Source: Chloroflexota bacterium (lineage in GTDB: Bacteria; Chloroflexota; Limnocylindria; P2-11E). Taken from it: DNA of 54,355 nucleotides. The DNA lies in contig JACPEQ010000011.1 in NCBI GenBank assembly GCA_016183435.1, forward strand, positions 1 to 54,355, in the 5' to 3' direction. Below are positions 46,916 to 54,355 of the stretch, one piece after another. Positions within the stretch are counted from its first letter, which is position 1. Each line of letters begins with the position of its first letter. The notes below the pieces were generated by a model, which saw nothing but the letters and a program-made list of their open reading frames with translations, did no database searches and was not told where the DNA came from. The position numbers and the translations under genes were made by a program.

Positions 46916-47838
46916 CCGACTTCCTCGACCAGGTCGTCGCGGAACGGCGAGCGGACGCCGCGCGCGCCAGGCGCGACCGGACGGAGGCCGCGGTGTACGA
47001 AGAGGCGCTGCTGCGCGGCTGCACGGCGATCGCGCGGCACGGCAGCGGCGGCGACGCGTTCACGCAGGCGTTCCGGCGGCGGCGCGACCGCGAACAGCTC
47101 GCGGTCATCGCCGAGGTGAAGCGCGTCTCTCCCGCGCTCGGAACGCTCCGCGCGGACGCCGACGTCCGCGCGATCGCACGGCGCTACGAACGCGCCGGCG
47201 CGACGGCGATCTCCGTCCTGTGCGAGCCTCGCCACTGGGGCGGATCGCTGAAGGACCTCGCGACCGTCCGGGAAGTCGTGGGGATCCCGGTGTTGTGCAA
47301 GGACGTGATCGTCGACGAACGGCAGATCGTCGAGGCCTGGGCCTCAGGCGCGCACGCCGTCCTCCTGATCGCGGAGGCGCTGGAGGACGCCGAGCTGCGG
47401 CGTCTGATGGAGCGCGCCCGGGAGCTCGGCATGGGCGTGCTGGTCGAGGCGCACGAGACGCGGGCCTTCGAGCGTGCGGCCGCGAGCGGCGCGAGCGTCC
47501 TCGGCGTGAACGCTCGCGACCTGCGCTCGCCGAAGGAGATCCATCCGGAGCGCATCGGGCTGCTGCACGACATCGCGAAGCCGTCGCAGATCCTCGTCGC
47601 GGAGTCGGGCATCGGCAGTGTCGACGACGCGCTCGCGCTGCCCGCGCGCGTCGATGCCGTCCTCGTGGGCACGGCGCTCATGCGCGCGGACGATCCCACG
47701 GCGCTCATCCGCCATCTCGCGGCGCTGCCGCGGGAGAGTCGAGCGGTACCCGCGGGCGCGCAGACCGAGGCGCCGCAGCGACGAGGTCGAGCACCCGTGC
47801 CCGAGGGAGGGGTCCCCCCGAGCGAGGGTGGAAATTGA
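46912..47838 (+). CDS. trpC: Indole-3-glycerol-phosphate synthase with a repeat-derived C-terminal extension
   Basis: ATGA overlap. Blocks [36 protein letters not shown] and AESGI. The last roughly 35 codons (..[30 protein letters not shown]) are read through repeat copy E4. Confidence 0.88.
   Translation: MTDFLDQVVAERRADAARARRDRTEAAVYEEALLRGCTAIARHGSGGDAFTQAFRRRRDREQLAVIAEVKRVSPALGTLRADADVRAIARRYERAGATAISVLCEPRHWGGSLKDLATVREVVGIPVLCKDVIVDERQIVEAWASGAHAVLLIAEALEDAELRRLMERARELGMGVLVEAHETRAFERAAASGASVLGVNARDLRSPKEIHPERIGLLHDIAKPSQILVAESGIGSVDDALALPARVDAVLVGTALMRADDPTALIRHLAALPRESRAVPAGAQTEAPQRRGRAPVPEGGVPPSEGGN
47750..47834 (+). repeat. Dispersed repeat family, copy E4 (inside the trpC 3' end, abutting the trpB start)
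   Basis: cccgcgggcgcgcagaccgaggcgccgcagcgacgaggtcgagcacccgtgcccgagggaggggtccccccgagcgagggtggaa. Confidence 0.8.
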
Positions 47839-48998
47839 AAGGCCGATTCGGCGTTTTCGGCGGCCAGTACGTGCCGGAGACGCTCATGCCGGCGGTCATC
47901 GAGCTCGAGGCTGCCTTCGACGAGGCCTGGAGTGACGCGGCGTTCCGCGACGAGCTCGACCGCCTGTTGCGGACGTACGTCGGCCGGCCCACGCCGCTCA
48001 CCGACGCGCGGCGGCTCGCCGCGGCGGTCGGGCTCCGGCGCGTGCTCCTGAAGCGCGAGGACCTCACGCACACGGGGGCGCACAAGATCAACAGCGCGCT
48101 CGGCCAGGCGCTCCTCGCCAAGCGGATGGGGAAGCGGCGCGTCATCGCCGAGACCGGCGCGGGACAGCACGGCGTCGCGACCGCCACGGCGTGCGCGCTC
48201 CTGGGGATCGAGTGCGTCGTGTACATGGGCACGCTCGACATGGAGCGCCAGCGGCCGAACGTCTTCCGCATGCGTCTGCTCGGAGCGGAGGTGCGCGCCG
48301 TCGATGCCGGCAGCCGCACGCTCAAGGACGCCGTGAACGAGGCGATCCGCGACTGGGTCACGAACGTGCGTGGCACGTACTACCTGCTGGGGTCCGCGAT
48401 CGGGATGCACCCGTATCCGACGATCGTGCGCGAGCTGCAGTCGGTGATCGGACGTGAGGCCCGCGCGCAGGCGGTGGACCTGCTCGGGCGCCTGCCGGAC
48501 GTCGTGACGGCGTGCGTCGGCGGTGGATCGAACGCCATCGGCACCTTCGCGGCGTTCCTCGACGACCGTGGCGTCGCCCTGCGCGGCGTCGAGGCGGGCG
48601 GCGCGGGCCTGGAGACCGGCAGGCACGCCGCGTCCATCACGGGCGGCACCGTCGGCGTGCTCCACGGCACCAAGACCTACGTGCTGCAGGATGACGCGGG
48701 TCAGATCCGGGAGACGCACTCGGTCTCTGCCGGCCTCGACTACCCCGGCGTCGGACCGGAGCACGCGGCGCTGCACGACAGCGGCCGCGTGACCTACGTC
48801 GCGCGCACCGACGCCGAGGCGCTCGAGGGCTTCGGCCTCCTCTGCCGGACCGAGGGGATCATCCCCGCGCTCGAGCCCGCGCACGCGATCGCCGACCTGC
48901 CCTTCGTCGCCCGCGAGCACGGCCACGACGTCGACGTCGTGGTGTGCCTGTCGGGCCGCGGCGACAAGGACCTCGATACCGTGATGCGGTCGGCATGA
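47835..48998 (+). CDS. trpB: Tryptophan synthase beta chain
   Basis: TTG start overlapping the trpC stop (TTGA). Blocks [29 protein letters not shown] and GGGSNAIG. Confidence 0.92.
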   Translation: MKGRFGVFGGQYVPETLMPAVIELEAAFDEAWSDAAFRDELDRLLRTYVGRPTPLTDARRLAAAVGLRRVLLKREDLTHTGAHKINSALGQALLAKRMGKRRVIAETGAGQHGVATATACALLGIECVVYMGTLDMERQRPNVFRMRLLGAEVRAVDAGSRTLKDAVNEAIRDWVTNVRGTYYLLGSAIGMHPYPTIVRELQSVIGREARAQAVDLLGRLPDVVTACVGGGSNAIGTFAAFLDDRGVALRGVEAGGAGLETGRHAASITGGTVGVLHGTKTYVLQDDAGQIRETHSVSAGLDYPGVGPEHAALHDSGRVTYVARTDAEALEGFGLLCRTEGIIPALEPAHAIADLPFVAREHGHDVDVVVCLSGRGDKDLDTVMRSA

Positions 48999-49801
48999 CA
49001 CTGACGACGATCACCGGTAGCGAGCGGATCTCGCGGGCATTCGGTCGCGCACGCGCGGAAGGCCGGATGGCCATCGCCATCTACCTCACGGTGGGGTTCC
49101 CGGACCGCGCGACGACGCCCGCCCTATTGCGCGCGGCGCTGGACGGCGGCGCGGACCTCATCGAGCTCGGTGTTCCGTTCAGCGACCCGATGGCCGACGG
49201 CACGACCATCCAGCGCGCCGGTGAAGCGGCGCTGCGCGGAGGGGTCCGGCTCGAGGACTGCGTCGCGGACGGCGCGTCGCTCGTGAGCGAGCGCGACGCG
49301 ACGGTCCTGCTCATGGGGTACCTCAATCCGTTCCTGCGCTTCGGGCCGGAGCGCCTCGCCGCGGAGTGCGTCCGGAGCGGCATCGCCGGGGTGATCGTCC
49401 CCGACCTCCCGGCGGAGGAGAGCGGTGAGCTCGACACGGTCCTCGTCCCGGCGGACGTCGCGCGCATCGACCTGTACGCACCGACGACGCCCGACGAGCG
49501 CCTCGCGCGCCTGCTTCCGGCGGCGCGAGGCTTCGTCTACTGCGTCTCGCTCACGGGCGTGACCGGCGCACGCGCCGGCCTGTCCGACGACGTGCGCCCG
49601 TTCGTGCAGCGCGTGCGCGGGCACACGACGCTGCCGGTCGCCGTCGGATTCGGCATCGGCCGGCCGGAGCACGTCCGCGCGCTGCGCGGGATCGCCGACG
49701 GGGTCATCGTCGGCAGCGCGGCGATCGACGCCGTCGCGCAGGGCGGCGAGCGCGCTCTCCGCGACCTCGTGCGCTCGTTGCGCGAAGCGGGGGCGGCATG
49801 A
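48995..49801 (+). CDS. trpA: Tryptophan synthase alpha chain
   Basis: ATGA overlap. Blocks [13 protein letters not shown] and [13 protein letters not shown]. Confidence 0.9.
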   Translation: MTLTTITGSERISRAFGRARAEGRMAIAIYLTVGFPDRATTPALLRAALDGGADLIELGVPFSDPMADGTTIQRAGEAALRGGVRLEDCVADGASLVSERDATVLLMGYLNPFLRFGPERLAAECVRSGIAGVIVPDLPAEESGELDTVLVPADVARIDLYAPTTPDERLARLLPAARGFVYCVSLTGVTGARAGLSDDVRPFVQRVRGHTTLPVAVGFGIGRPEHVRALRGIADGVIVGSAAIDAVAQGGERALRDLVRSLREAGAA

Positions 49802-50163
49802 CCGCGGTGCGCGGTATCCGCGGCGCCACCACGGTCGCCGCGAACGAGCGCGGCGCGATCCTCGCCGCGACGCGCGAGCTCCTCGAGGAGATCGTGCGCC
49901 TGAACGAGCTCGCGCCCGCGGACGTCGCCAGCGTCTGGTTCACCGTCACGTCCGACCTCGACGCGGAGTTCCCCGCGTTCGCGGCGCGCGAGATCGGCTG
50001 GGGCGAGGTCCCGCTCATCTGCGGCCGCGAGATACCGGTGCCGGGAGCGCTCGAGCGGTGCATCCGCGTCCTCGTCCACTGGAACACGGCGCGGTCGCAG
50101 CGCGAGATCCGCCACGTGTTCCTGCACGGTGCGCGGGCACTCCGGCCGGAGTGGGCCGTCTGA
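49798..50163 (+). CDS. aroH: Chorismate mutase, AroH class
   Basis: ATGA overlap. [10 protein letters not shown] ... [10 protein letters not shown] ... [15 protein letters not shown] parallels B. subtilis AroH. Confidence 0.85.
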   Translation: MTAVRGIRGATTVAANERGAILAATRELLEEIVRLNELAPADVASVWFTVTSDLDAEFPAFAAREIGWGEVPLICGREIPVPGALERCIRVLVHWNTARSQREIRHVFLHGARALRPEWAV

Positions 50164-51269
50164 TGCTCGTCGTCATGAAACGGGACGCGACGCCCGACGA
50201 GATCGACGGCGTGATCCGGCGCGTGGCCGAGCTCGGGCTCACGGCGGTGCCGCTGCCGGGCGCGGAGCGCACCGCGATCGGCACCTTCGGGGTCGCGGCG
50301 CGCGAGGCGGAGGAGCAGCTCGAGTCGATGCCCGGCGTGCAGGAGATCGTCTACGTGTCCAAGCCGTTCAAGCTCAGCTCGCGCGAGGTCCGCCCGCAGG
50401 ACACCGTCGTGCGGGTCGGTGGCGTGGACATCGGTGCCGGCCGGCCGCTCGTCGTCGCCGCCGGCCCGTGCTCGGTCGAGACCAAGGAGCAGACGACCGC
50501 GACCGCGATCGCCGTGCGCGACGCGGGCGCGACGCTGCTCCGGGCCGGCGCGTACAAGCCGAGCACGTCGCCCTACAGCTTCCGCGGCCTCGGCGAATCC
50601 GGCCTGCGGATCCTGTCGGAAGCGGCGCGCGCCGCGGGCCTGCCCATCGTGACGGAAGTGCTCACGCCCGCCGACGTCGACCTCGTGGCGCACTTCGCCG
50701 ACTGCTTGCAGATCGGGACGCGCAACATGCAGAACTTCTCGCTCCTCGACGCGGTCGGGGAGCAGCGCAAGCCCGTGCTCCTCAAGCGCGGGATGTCCGC
50801 GACGATCGAGGAGCTGCTGCTGTCGGCCGAGTACGTCCTCGCGAAGGGGAACCCGAACGTCATCCTCTGCGAGCGTGGGATCCGGACGTTCGAGAAGTAC
50901 ACCCGGAACACGTTCGACGTGAGCGCCATCCCCCTGCTGAAGCGCCTGTCGCACCTGCCCGTCCTCGCCGATCCGTCGCACGGGACGGGGAAGTGGTATC
51001 TCGTGGCGCCGGTCGCGCTCGCCGCGGTCGCCGCCGGCGCCGACGGGCTGATGATCGAAGTGCATCCCAGCCCCGACCACGCGCTGAAGGACGGCTTCGA
51101 GTCGCTGACGTTCGAGAACTTCGCTTCGCTGATGCGGACCGTCCCCGCGGTGGCCGCGGCCATCGGCCGGCCGGTCGCGACGCCTTCTTCGCAGGGGGCC
51201 GTTGACGCGGGGCCTGAGCGGCCCCGCGACCCGGGGCCCCCTTCCACCCCCGCGGGGGCGACCGTCTAG
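50163..51269 (+). CDS. 3-deoxy-7-phosphoheptulonate (DAHP) synthase, type I-beta, with an N-terminal regulatory domain
   Basis: TGATG overlap. N-terminal ferredoxin-like domain ([18 protein letters not shown]), then [33 protein letters not shown] and DPSHG. Confidence 0.88.
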   Translation: MLVVMKRDATPDEIDGVIRRVAELGLTAVPLPGAERTAIGTFGVAAREAEEQLESMPGVQEIVYVSKPFKLSSREVRPQDTVVRVGGVDIGAGRPLVVAAGPCSVETKEQTTATAIAVRDAGATLLRAGAYKPSTSPYSFRGLGESGLRILSEAARAAGLPIVTEVLTPADVDLVAHFADCLQIGTRNMQNFSLLDAVGEQRKPVLLKRGMSATIEELLLSAEYVLAKGNPNVILCERGIRTFEKYTRNTFDVSAIPLLKRLSHLPVLADPSHGTGKWYLVAPVALAAVAAGADGLMIEVHPSPDHALKDGFESLTFENFASLMRTVPAVAAAIGRPVATPSSQGAVDAGPERPRDPGPPSTPAGATV

Positions 51270-52067
51270 TTGCGCATCGCGGTCGTCGGCCTCGGCCTGA
51301 TCGGCGGCTCGATCGCCCTCGCGCTCCGCGACGGCCACGATGCGCGCGGCTTCGATACGGATGCGCGCACGCGGGAGGCCGCGCGCACCCGCGGGCTGGC
51401 CGTGGTCGATCGGCTCGACGACGTGCTGCCGGCGGACGCGGTCGTGGTCGCGACGCCGCTGGCGAGCGTCGTGCCGACGCTCGAGGCCATCGTCGCGCGC
51501 GCCGGCCGCGCGGTCCTGATCGAGGTCGGCTCCCTGAAGGGACCCGTCGGCGCGTTCGCGGAGCGCGCGCGAGAGGACGCGCGCATCGTCGGCCTGCATC
51601 CGATGGCGGGCAGCACCGCATCCGGCTTCGCGGCGGCCGATCCGGGGATCTTCCGCGGCCGTCCGTTCCTCGTGGTCCCGACGGCGCGGACCGACGCGGC
51701 CGCGATGGCGATGACGGGCGACCTCGCGCGGGAGCTCGGCGGCACGGTCACCGTGTGCTCGGTGCAGATCCACGACCGCGTGATCGCCGCCGTGTCCGCC
51801 CTGCCGCTGGCGACCGCGGTCGCGCTCGCGCGTGTCGCGGGCGCCGGGGTGCCGATGCCGCTGGAGGACGTCGCGGGTCCGGGGCTGCGTGATGCCACGC
51901 GCCTGGCGTCGACACCTCTCGAGCTCGCGCTGCCGCTCCTCGCCGCGCCCGGCGTGGCGGAGCGCATCGCCTCGCTCCGGGCGGCGCTCGGCGACATCGA
52001 GCGCGCCATCGGCGACGAGGCGGCGCTGCGCGCGCTCCTCGACCGCGCAGGGAGCCCGCGGACGTGA
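51270..52067 (+). CDS. tyrA: Prephenate dehydrogenase
   Basis: The TTG start abuts the upstream stop. Rossmann motif IAVVGLGLIGGS and the HPMAG block. Confidence 0.85.
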   Translation: MRIAVVGLGLIGGSIALALRDGHDARGFDTDARTREAARTRGLAVVDRLDDVLPADAVVVATPLASVVPTLEAIVARAGRAVLIEVGSLKGPVGAFAERAREDARIVGLHPMAGSTASGFAAADPGIFRGRPFLVVPTARTDAAAMAMTGDLARELGGTVTVCSVQIHDRVIAAVSALPLATAVALARVAGAGVPMPLEDVAGPGLRDATRLASTPLELALPLLAAPGVAERIASLRAALGDIERAIGDEAALRALLDRAGSPRT

Positions 52068-52822
52068 CCGTCCCCCCGAGCGACGGTCGGACAGGCCGGC
52101 TCGGATTCGGCATCGCGGCCGCGCTCGGACCGGGCGTCGCCGGCGACGTCGCGGGAGAGGTCGAACGTCTCGGCTACGAGACGATCTGGACGACCGACGG
52201 CACAGCGGGAACGGGTCTGCCGCTCCTGGCCGCCGCCCAACGCTCGTCGCACGCCATGCTGTTGGGCGTCGGCGTCATCCCGTGCGATCTGCGAGGAGCG
52301 CGCGAGATCGCGGAGACGATCACGAACCTCGGGATCGACACCTCGCGCGCGATCGTCGGCATCGGATCCGGGCGCGCCGAGCATCCCGCCGAGGCCGTGC
52401 GCGCTGCCGTGACGGACCTTCGGGCTCTCCTGCCGCCCGGGTCGGCGATCGGCATCGCGGCGCTCGGTCCGCGGATGTGCCGCCTCGCCGGCGAGATCGC
52501 CGACGTGGTGCTGCTCAACTGGATGACGCCGCAGAGGATCCGCTGGGCGCGCGAGCGCATCGCGGAGGGCGCGCGGCGTGGTGGTCGGAAGGGCGGCCCC
52601 GTGATCGCGTCGTACGTCCGCGTCGCGATCGGAGCCGATGCGTCCGATCGCCTTGCGGCGGAAGCGGACCGCTACGCGCGGGTCCCCGCGTACGGGCGCA
52701 GCTTCGCCGGGATGGCGGTCGAGCCGGAGTGGTGCGGCGGGCCGCACCTTCAGCCGATGAAGTTGCCGATCACGAACTCGTTCGCGAGCGCCCCGAGCAG
52801 GAGCAGCGACAGGATCACGTAG
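52064..52822 (+). CDS. LLM-class (luciferase-like) flavin/F420-dependent oxidoreductase
   Basis: GTGA overlap. It has LGFGI...VERLGYETIWTTD and LNWMTPQR. The first roughly 10 codons come from a half copy of the repeat family (52070-52095). The 3' end overlaps the convergent gene by 73 nt, so the C-terminus is uncertain. Confidence 0.7.
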   Translation: MTVPPSDGRTGRLGFGIAAALGPGVAGDVAGEVERLGYETIWTTDGTAGTGLPLLAAAQRSSHAMLLGVGVIPCDLRGAREIAETITNLGIDTSRAIVGIGSGRAEHPAEAVRAAVTDLRALLPPGSAIGIAALGPRMCRLAGEIADVVLLNWMTPQRIRWARERIAEGARRGGRKGGPVIASYVRVAIGADASDRLAAEADRYARVPAYGRSFAGMAVEPEWCGGPHLQPMKLPITNSFASAPSRSSDRIT

Positions 52823-53850
52823 GACCAGCGCGCCCGCCGGTCGCCCAGGAGCAGCGCGAGCACGATGAACATCGGGAAGATGACGAGCAGATAACGGCCG
52901 ACCGACGTCAGCGGGGTCGGCAGGATCCGCGCCCACGCGAGGTACAGCTGCGGAGCCGCGTACAGCGTCAGCTCGACCGGCAGGCGCCGCACCCCGACGG
53001 CGAACAGCGCAGCGAAGACGATGAGCATCGCGAGCTGCAGAGCCTGGAGCGGGTCGCCGGTGCGGCGCACCCAGTCGAGCGTGGCGCCGATCAGATCCCA
53101 TGGCGGGTGGAACGCGGAACCCGTCCACTCGGCCGACGCCTGGAACATGGATCGTCCGACGACGCGGATCGTGTACACGACGTACAGCGCCGCGCTCACC
53201 GGGGCGGCGAGCGTCGCGACGGCGGGCCAGATCCGATCGGCGGCGCGCGGAGCATGCCGCAGCTGCCGCCAGGCGAGCCAGGCGAGCGGGAGAGCGATCG
53301 TGCCGCCCACCGGACGTGACAGGCCGATGAGCGTGGCGAGGAGCGCCGCGGTGCCCCACTCTCCTCGTCGTGCGCGCTCGATGCTCCAGACCCCGAGCGC
53401 GAGGAAGACCGCCTCGGAGAACGGGGCCAGCAGGAAGAACGCCGTGGGGAAGATCGCCAGGAGCAGCATCGTCCGGCGTGCGACGACTTCCCCGTGGTCG
53501 TCCGCTGCGAGCCGGTACAGGCCCCAGAGCGCGAGCACCGTCGCGACGACGTTGACGACCATCCCCGCGATCGCGACGTGCGGGCCGGCGACCGCGACAG
53601 TGCGCTCGAGCGCCGGGAACAGCGGGAAGAACGCGGTCGAGCCGTCGGGCGTGTACCCGACGGTCGCGATGCGCGCGTACCAGCACGCATCCCACCGCTC
53701 CCAGACGCCGACGAGCTTGAACGCGAGCTCGTCCTTGTACTGGAGCGGCATCTCCGCCCAGCCGTTGCGCGCTTCCTCGAAGTGGCAGGGATGGGGGATG
53801 ACGCGCTCGCTCGCGACATAGAGGCCGAACAGCCAGAGGGCCGCGCGCAT
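52750..53850 (-). CDS. PIG-V-like mannosyltransferase family integral membrane protein
   Basis: A multi-TM protein with WERWDACWYARIATVGY....AFFPLFPAL, typical of bacterial PIG-V/GT-C-like membrane glycosyltransferases. Confidence 0.65.
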   Translation of the reverse strand: MRAALWLFGLYVASERVIPHPCHFEEARNGWAEMPLQYKDELAFKLVGVWERWDACWYARIATVGYTPDGSTAFFPLFPALERTVAVAGPHVAIAGMVVNVVATVLALWGLYRLAADDHGEVVARRTMLLLAIFPTAFFLLAPFSEAVFLALGVWSIERARRGEWGTAALLATLIGLSRPVGGTIALPLAWLAWRQLRHAPRAADRIWPAVATLAAPVSAALYVVYTIRVVGRSMFQASAEWTGSAFHPPWDLIGATLDWVRRTGDPLQALQLAMLIVFAALFAVGVRRLPVELTLYAAPQLYLAWARILPTPLTSVGRYLLVIFPMFIVLALLLGDRRARWSYVILSLLLLGALANEFVIGNFIG

Positions 53851-53963
53851 GGTGAGCGTGAGCCAGATCGCCTCGATCAGGCCGGGGGGCAGGGACCCCA
53901 GGGGTAGGGGCCCTTGTGGGCGGTAGCCCGCGCGATAGCGCGAGAGCGGCGGGATGCGATGCC

Positions 53964-54355
53964 TCAGTGGCCGAGCTCCCGCACCATGTCGTAGAAGCCG
54001 GGGAACGTCTTCGAGACCGTGTCCGCGCCGTCGATCGTCACGCCCGGGACGGCCAGGCCGAGGATCGAGAACGCCATCGCGATCCGATGGTCGCCGGCCG
54101 CGTCGACGTTGCCGCCGTGGAGCGTAACGGGATCGATCGCGATGCCGTCCGCGTATTCCGTGACGCGCCCGCCGAGCGCGCGCAGGCCGCTCGCGACGGC
54201 GGCGATGCGATCGCTCTCCTGCCTCCGCGTGTGGCCGATCCCCAAGATCTCGCTGCGACCCTCCGCGCAGGCGGCGACGATCGCGAGCGTTGGGAAGGTG
54301 TCGGAGATGTCCCGCACGTTCTCGCGGATGCCGAAGGGCGCGCCGGTGCGGCGGA
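53964..54355 (-). CDS. aroA: 3-phosphoshikimate 1-carboxyvinyltransferase (EPSP synthase), C-terminal part; the gene continues beyond the window
   Basis: RRQESDRIAAV, GDHRIAMAF and VSKTFPGFYD blocks. The frame is open to the window edge. Confidence 0.88.
   Translation of the reverse strand, partial: RRTGAPFGIRENVRDISDTFPTLAIVAACAEGRSEILGIGHTRRQESDRIAAVASGLRALGGRVTEYADGIAIDPVTLHGGNVDAAGDHRIAMAFSILGLAVPGVTIDGADTVSKTFPGFYDMVRELGH

Noticed and set aside
47750-47834. Repeated GAG/CGAGG triplets in the repeat family as TRAP-like (trp RNA-binding attenuation protein) binding sites.
   Set aside because: Only 3-4 irregularly spaced triplets occur per copy, whereas TRAP sites have 9-11 triplets with 2-3 nt spacers. 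Copies also occur in non-trp contexts and in antisense orientation.
52750-52822. The 73-nt convergent overlap of the LLM oxidoreductase and the PIG-V-like gene as a regulatory antisense arrangement.
   Set aside because: The LLM C-terminal residues in the overlap (..PMKLPITNSFASAPSRSSDRIT) look non-homologous and of low quality. The overlap is more likely an uncertain C-terminus or stop than a designed feature, and I cannot resolve it without alignment.

Overview
High-GC bacterial chromosomal segment: my 100-nt hand counts give about 71% GC in typical genes and about 58-59% in two short atypical patches. It is gene-dense and mostly organised as plus-strand operons with overlapping stop/start codons (ATGA, GTGA, TTGA). 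The lineage cannot be assigned from sequence alone. T-box use, an LLM-type oxidoreductase and a PIG-L deacetylase fit a high-GC Terrabacteria-type organism.

Gene order: DUF4446 protein and lipid kinase; selA-ridA-selB; pepA; a UvrD-type helicase fused to a 4-Cys nuclease; an MFS transporter; rmuC; a translationally coupled D-glutamate-themed operon (D-aminoacylase, DUF1611/DgcN-like, enolase-type epimerase/DgcA-like, TIGR01906 membrane protein, receiver-CpaE-like ATPase, murI); ychF; folE; a minus-strand cassette of a DUF1538 membrane protein plus two PII-like proteins; a pfkB-family kinase; a class III cyclase-STAND-TPR protein; a PIG-L deacetylase; an amino-acid ABC transporter; a serine hydrolase; an FtsB-like protein; initiator tRNA; a degraded island; a second CAT-anticodon tRNA abutting tilS; ftsH; thpR; a small NHLP-like protein convergent with a cNMP-binding M50 protease; a DUF4395-thioredoxin fusion; an HExxH protein; a Trp-specific T-box leader; a nine-gene aromatic amino-acid supraoperon (trpE(G), trpD, trpC, trpB, trpA, aroH, DAHP synthase, tyrA, LLM oxidoreductase); a PIG-V-like membrane glycosyltransferase; and partial aroA.

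The most unusual signals are:
1. The DUF1538 + 2x PII-like cassette is bracketed by near-identical 163-nt direct repeats of the pfkB 5' end.
2. murI is a mosaic. Its 3' two-thirds and a decayed HNH endonuclease gene are low-GC, and the displaced native murI 3' end is still translationally coupled to ychF.
3. An 85-100 nt repeat family occurs in at least four full copies and one half copy. One copy sits inside the T-box leader and one extends trpC and abuts the trpB start.
4. A 48-bp hairpin tandem repeat lies at the selA start.

The many long antisense ORFs in the track are treated as high-GC artefacts.
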